Part shown: piece by piece, positions 60,394 to 64,000 of the stretch | Numbering within the stretch: the stretch's first letter is position 1 | How the letters are laid out: the number at the start of each line of letters is the position of its first letter | Assembly: GCA_036986115.1 (NCBI GenBank) | Contig: BTQY01000005.1 | Span: 3,210 to 67,209, forward strand | Origin: Gammaproteobacteria bacterium | GTDB lineage: Bacteria > Pseudomonadota > Gammaproteobacteria > BTQY01 | DNA length: 64,000 bases | Direction of reading: 5' to 3' | The notes under the pieces: generated by a model | What the model was told of the DNA's origin: nothing | The model's input: only the letters and a program-made list of their open reading frames with translations | The model's database searches: none | Position numbers and translations under genes: made by a program

Positions 60394-62552
60394 AACGACT
60401 GGCTTCCGGGTTTACACCCATTGTAGTTTTGTCGGTGGGCCTGTTGGTCTCACTCTATCTTATGAGTGGCGCCACCGAAGGCTCCGCCGAGTTTGGCCGG
60501 CTGTTTTCCTGGCTGCTAATCGTCAACATGCTGGGTGCGGTGATACTTATTACCCTGATAGGTGCCAACTTGTATCGCCTGGTGCGCAACTATCGCAGGA
60601 AGGAGATCGGTTCACGACTCACCGCAAGATTTCTCATCGCCTTTGTGATTACTGCAATGGTGCCGGTGTCCATTCTGTTTTATTTCTCGATCGGTTTTCT
60701 TCATCAGGGCATCGACAGCTGGTTTGATGTCGAGGTCGAACAGGCGCTGAATGATGCGCTGGACCTGTCACAGGCCGCGCTGGATGAGCGCATGAGAACG
60801 CTGCAACGACAAATGGGTGAAGTGGTTAAAAAACTGGAGGGCGCGGAAGGATCTTCTGCCGCGCTGTTGTTGAATGACCTTCGCTTCAAAACCGGCGCCT
60901 CGGAAATGACATTGTTCTCCTCCGCCAGCATTATTGCTTTCAGTAATGAAGATCAGACGGCAGTGATCCCGAACCGGCCTAATGAGTCGGTCATGTCATC
61001 TGTGCAGGTCAATGGCAATTATGTCGGGCTGGATACCATCGAAGGCAAGGGTCTGTCGATTCGCGTTGTGTTGCCGGTCAGTTCCAGCAGTGCGCTGTCA
61101 GAATCACAATACCTGCAGGTGTTGTTCCCGGTGGCAGAGAACAGTACTTCTCTGGCTGAGAATGTTCACCATGGTATTTCGCAATATAACAAGCTGGTGT
61201 ATCTGCGCACCCCGTTGAAGTACAGTTTTACGCTGACATTGTCGCTGGTATTATTATTGACGTTGTTGACCTCGGTGTGGGCTGCATTCATCTCTGCCAG
61301 GAGAATGGCAGAACCGGTGCGCGATCTTGCCGAGGGTACACGTGCCGTGGCCGCAGGTGATTACAGCAAACGACTGCCATCCTCTGTGGCGGGTGATGAA
61401 CTGGGTTTCCTGGTGAATTCATTTAATGAAATGACTTCGCAGATCGAAGCGGCGCAGCAAGCACTCAAACGCAGCCAGGTAGAAGCCGAGACGCAACACA
61501 CCTATCTACAGACCTTGTTAGGGCACATGTCGTCCGGTGTGCTCAGTGTGGATGAACACATGGTGCTGCGGATCGTCAATCGGCGTGCCAGTGAAATACT
61601 CGGTGTGAATATTGAAAATCATGTTGGCAGGCCCCTTTCCAGTATCAAGGAGGTGGAGGGACTCAGAGATTTTATCGAGGCACTGGAACCACAACTGACT
61701 GGCGATATATCGGAGTGGCATGAAGAAGTCACCCTGTTTGGCCCGGGCGGACGCAAGGTGTTCATGTGTCGTGGTGCTGAATTGCCGGTGACGGAAGATC
61801 AGGAAAGTGGTCACGTGGTGGTATTTGACGATATTACCCAGTTGATCCAGGCAGAACGTGACGCGGCCTGGGGTGAGGTGGCCAGACGCCTGGCGCACGA
61901 GATCAAAAACCCGTTAACCCCTATCAAGTTGTCGGCTGAGCGTCTGCATCACAAGTATTATAAAGAACTTTCCAATGAATCTGCGCAGGGCCTGGAGCGT
62001 TACACCCATACGATCGTGCAGCAGGTTGAGCAAATGAAGGAAATGGTGAATGCCTTTTCGGATTATGCGCGCGCACCACGGATGAATCGTGCACCAATGA
62101 AAATGAATAGCCTGGTGAACGAGGTACTGGACATGTATCGTGACGATGAAAAAGCCGTGCAAATTGATGTCAAACTCGATAAAGCCCTGCCAGGCATCGA
62201 GGCAGATCGAAACCAGCTCAGACAGGTACTGCACAACCTGCTAAAAAATGCCTGCGAGGCCATCGAGGACCAGCAAGATGCCCGTATTATTATTGAAACC
62301 CGCTGTGACGTGCTGGCCGAATGCCGCTATATTGAATTGAGAGTGGATGATAACGGCCCGGGCATTCCTCACGATATTATGATTAGCATGTTCGAGCCGT
62401 ATGTTACTACCAAGGCCAGGGGAACTGGCCTGGGCCTTGCCATCGTCAAGAAGATCATTGAGGAACATGGTGGCATGTTATTGGCAGAAAACCTGAAAGA
62501 CGGTGGCGCACGTTTTGCATTGCGCCTGCCTGTTGAAGAACATTCAGCTTAA
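60375..62552 (+). CDS. ntrY: NtrY-like sensor histidine kinase (TM, HAMP, PAS, HisKA, HATPase)
   Basis: Periplasmic loop between TMs, HAMP, PAS, H-box (LAHEIKNPLTPI), N/G boxes. Confidence 0.8.
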   Translation: MASAKIKRLASGFTPIVVLSVGLLVSLYLMSGATEGSAEFGRLFSWLLIVNMLGAVILITLIGANLYRLVRNYRRKEIGSRLTARFLIAFVITAMVPVSILFYFSIGFLHQGIDSWFDVEVEQALNDALDLSQAALDERMRTLQRQMGEVVKKLEGAEGSSAALLLNDLRFKTGASEMTLFSSASIIAFSNEDQTAVIPNRPNESVMSSVQVNGNYVGLDTIEGKGLSIRVVLPVSSSSALSESQYLQVLFPVAENSTSLAENVHHGISQYNKLVYLRTPLKYSFTLTLSLVLLLTLLTSVWAAFISARRMAEPVRDLAEGTRAVAAGDYSKRLPSSVAGDELGFLVNSFNEMTSQIEAAQQALKRSQVEAETQHTYLQTLLGHMSSGVLSVDEHMVLRIVNRRASEILGVNIENHVGRPLSSIKEVEGLRDFIEALEPQLTGDISEWHEEVTLFGPGGRKVFMCRGAELPVTEDQESGHVVVFDDITQLIQAERDAAWGEVARRLAHEIKNPLTPIKLSAERLHHKYYKELSNESAQGLERYTHTIVQQVEQMKEMVNAFSDYARAPRMNRAPMKMNSLVNEVLDMYRDDEKAVQIDVKLDKALPGIEADRNQLRQVLHNLLKNACEAIEDQQDARIIIETRCDVLAECRYIELRVDDNGPGIPHDIMISMFEPYVTTKARGTGLGLAIVKKIIEEHGGMLLAENLKDGGARFALRLPVEEHSA

Positions 62553-62578
62553 GGACCAGATACAGTCGATGATGAAAT

Positions 62579-63973
62579 ATGAGTAATCCTGCGCACATAC
62601 TGGTGGTTGATGACGAACCGGATATTCGGGCCCTGGTGCAGGAGATCCTTGAAGATGAGGGCTATGAAGTCAGTGTTGCCGAGGATGGCCACAGTGCCCG
62701 TCAGGCCCACAGCGATACTTCTCCCGATCTGGTGCTGCTGGATATCTGGATGCCGGATGTTGACGGTATTAGCCTGCTAAGGGAATGGAATGATGACGGC
62801 AACAACAAGGTGCCGGTGATTATGATGTCCGGTCATGGCACGGTTGAGACCGCCGTCGAAGCGACCCGTCTGGGGGCGTATGATTTTCTGGAAAAACCGC
62901 TGACGCTGGCAAAGCTGTTGCTGACGGTCGAACATGCACTGGAGGCCAGCAAGGCCCACCAGCAGGATATTGTCAGTAGCAATGTCCCCAGTGTGGTTGC
63001 CGAACCAACCGGCAAGGGCGAGGCGATGGAATCGCTCAGGCAGCAGATTGAACGTATCGCCGAACATGACAGCCCGGTATTGATCAGCGGCGAATCCGGT
63101 GTTGGTAAACTGGTCGCGGCGCGTTATCTGCATGCCCATAGCAGTCGGGCCAACGGCCCGTTTGTGCAGGTCGGCGTTGGTACTATCGCCAGGGAAAATG
63201 CCACCGTGGAACTGTTCGGTGATGAACTCGGTGGTGAGATGCGCATAGGCCGGCTGGAACAGGCATACGGCGGCGTGCTGTACCTGCAGGACATTGCCGA
63301 CATGGATCTGGAGACCCAGGCAAAACTGGTCAGCGCACTGCACAGCCGCTCTTTTTTGCGTGTCGGTGGCTCCGAAGAGATCAAGGTCAATGTACGGCTG
63401 GTGGCCGCCACCCTGTCTGATCTGGAGGAGCAGGTACGCCAGGGTAAATTCCGTGAGGATCTTTTCTATTTTCTGAATGTATTGCCGATCCATGTTCCGC
63501 CGCTACGTGAACATGCCGAGGATGTCCCCGAATTACTCAGTTACTACATCGACGAATACGTCAACAACAATAGTTTGCCATACCGTGTGATTACCGTGGC
63601 CAGCCAGAATCGCCTGCGCAATTACAGTTGGCCCGGTAATATCCGCGAGTTGAAGAACCTGGTGCAGCGCCTGTTGATCACCGGCAGTGGTCAGCAGATC
63701 GAACTCAATGAGGTGGAGGTGGCCCTGGGTTCCCAGGACGTCGTGATCGAAGGCGCACTGCCGGCGGCGATCTTCGATTTACCGCTGAAACAGGCGCGTG
63801 AGCAATTCGAGAAGATGTACCTGGAGCACCAGTTAAAGGCCGCCGGTGGCAATGTCGGCGAGCTTGCCAGGATCGCCGGTGTTGAGCGAACTCATATGTA
63901 CCGCAAGTTACGCAGCCTGGGAATCGATACAAAGAAGGTGGGCAAGGGTGAAGGGGCTGGAAAGCTTGGCTGA
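62579..63973 (+). CDS. ntrX: NtrX-like response regulator with AAA+ sigma-54-interaction-type domain lacking GAFTGA, C-terminal Fis-type HTH
   Basis: Receiver (VVDDEPDIR...D), Walker A GESGVGK, R-finger region. GAFTGA replaced by ELFGDELGGEM. Confidence 0.8.
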   Translation: MSNPAHILVVDDEPDIRALVQEILEDEGYEVSVAEDGHSARQAHSDTSPDLVLLDIWMPDVDGISLLREWNDDGNNKVPVIMMSGHGTVETAVEATRLGAYDFLEKPLTLAKLLLTVEHALEASKAHQQDIVSSNVPSVVAEPTGKGEAMESLRQQIERIAEHDSPVLISGESGVGKLVAARYLHAHSSRANGPFVQVGVGTIARENATVELFGDELGGEMRIGRLEQAYGGVLYLQDIADMDLETQAKLVSALHSRSFLRVGGSEEIKVNVRLVAATLSDLEEQVRQGKFREDLFYFLNVLPIHVPPLREHAEDVPELLSYYIDEYVNNNSLPYRVITVASQNRLRNYSWPGNIRELKNLVQRLLITGSGQQIELNEVEVALGSQDVVIEGALPAAIFDLPLKQAREQFEKMYLEHQLKAAGGNVGELARIAGVERTHMYRKLRSLGIDTKKVGKGEGAGKLG

Positions 63974-64000
63974 CAGGCATATACTGCTATCCTATTGACA

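Noticed and set aside
62777-63493. 238-aa minus-strand ORF
   Set aside because: Antisense to the ntrX-like gene, which has clear domain support.

Overview
This 64 kb window looks like a gammaproteobacterial chromosomal segment of about 50% GC. It is mostly conserved housekeeping synteny, interrupted by one AT-rich accessory patch and by a dense cluster of second-messenger signalling genes.

The housekeeping backbone has a Pseudomonas-like gene order: argH, algZ/algR, hemCDXY, then ubiD, xthA, prlC, srkA, gor, aroE, pitA, hemB, hemF, tsaC, purE, topA, smg, dprA, tsaP, def, fmt, rsmB, a DUF4390 protein and an ntrYX-like two-component pair. The first ~20 kb carries an unusual concentration of signalling genes:
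- a GGDEF-EAL protein
- a cNMP-binding/rhodanese fusion
- a GAF-HD-GYP protein
- a CHASE2 class III adenylate cyclase directly downstream of a class I CyaA
- a degenerate GGDEF protein
- a TAT-exported TRAP transporter (dctP convergent with dctQM)

The observations most worth a second look are:
1. A co-oriented gene pair at 8.8-12.0 kb: a TPR + C-terminal beta-barrel outer-membrane protein (Slam/DUF560-like) followed by a secreted FecR-domain protein.
2. An AT-rich mosaic patch at 28.7-32.0 kb, directly after hemY. It contains a terminal-inverted-repeat (TIR)-bounded mini-element carrying a double zinc-ribbon ORF, ~120-bp direct repeats flanking a RES-Xre toxin-antitoxin module, a MITE-like palindromic element, TTGA(C/A)C iteron-like repeats, and an orphan type-Ib ParA.
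3. A second copy of the same TIR family (AGTCCGCAAATGAACGCAAAT...) bounding a non-coding 270-bp element at 48.8 kb.
4. A (AATCACC)8 heptamer simple-sequence repeat plus a G7 tract immediately upstream of tsaC.
5. Tandem 14-bp perfect palindromes fused to a TATAAT box, driving a protein-free region antisense to the ubiD 3' end (candidate sRNA).
6. Two paralogous 123-aa RRM-like proteins bracketing gor and yrdA.

No rRNA, tRNA or CRISPR was recognised. All calls rest on reading the translated ORFs and the raw sequence; no database search was run.
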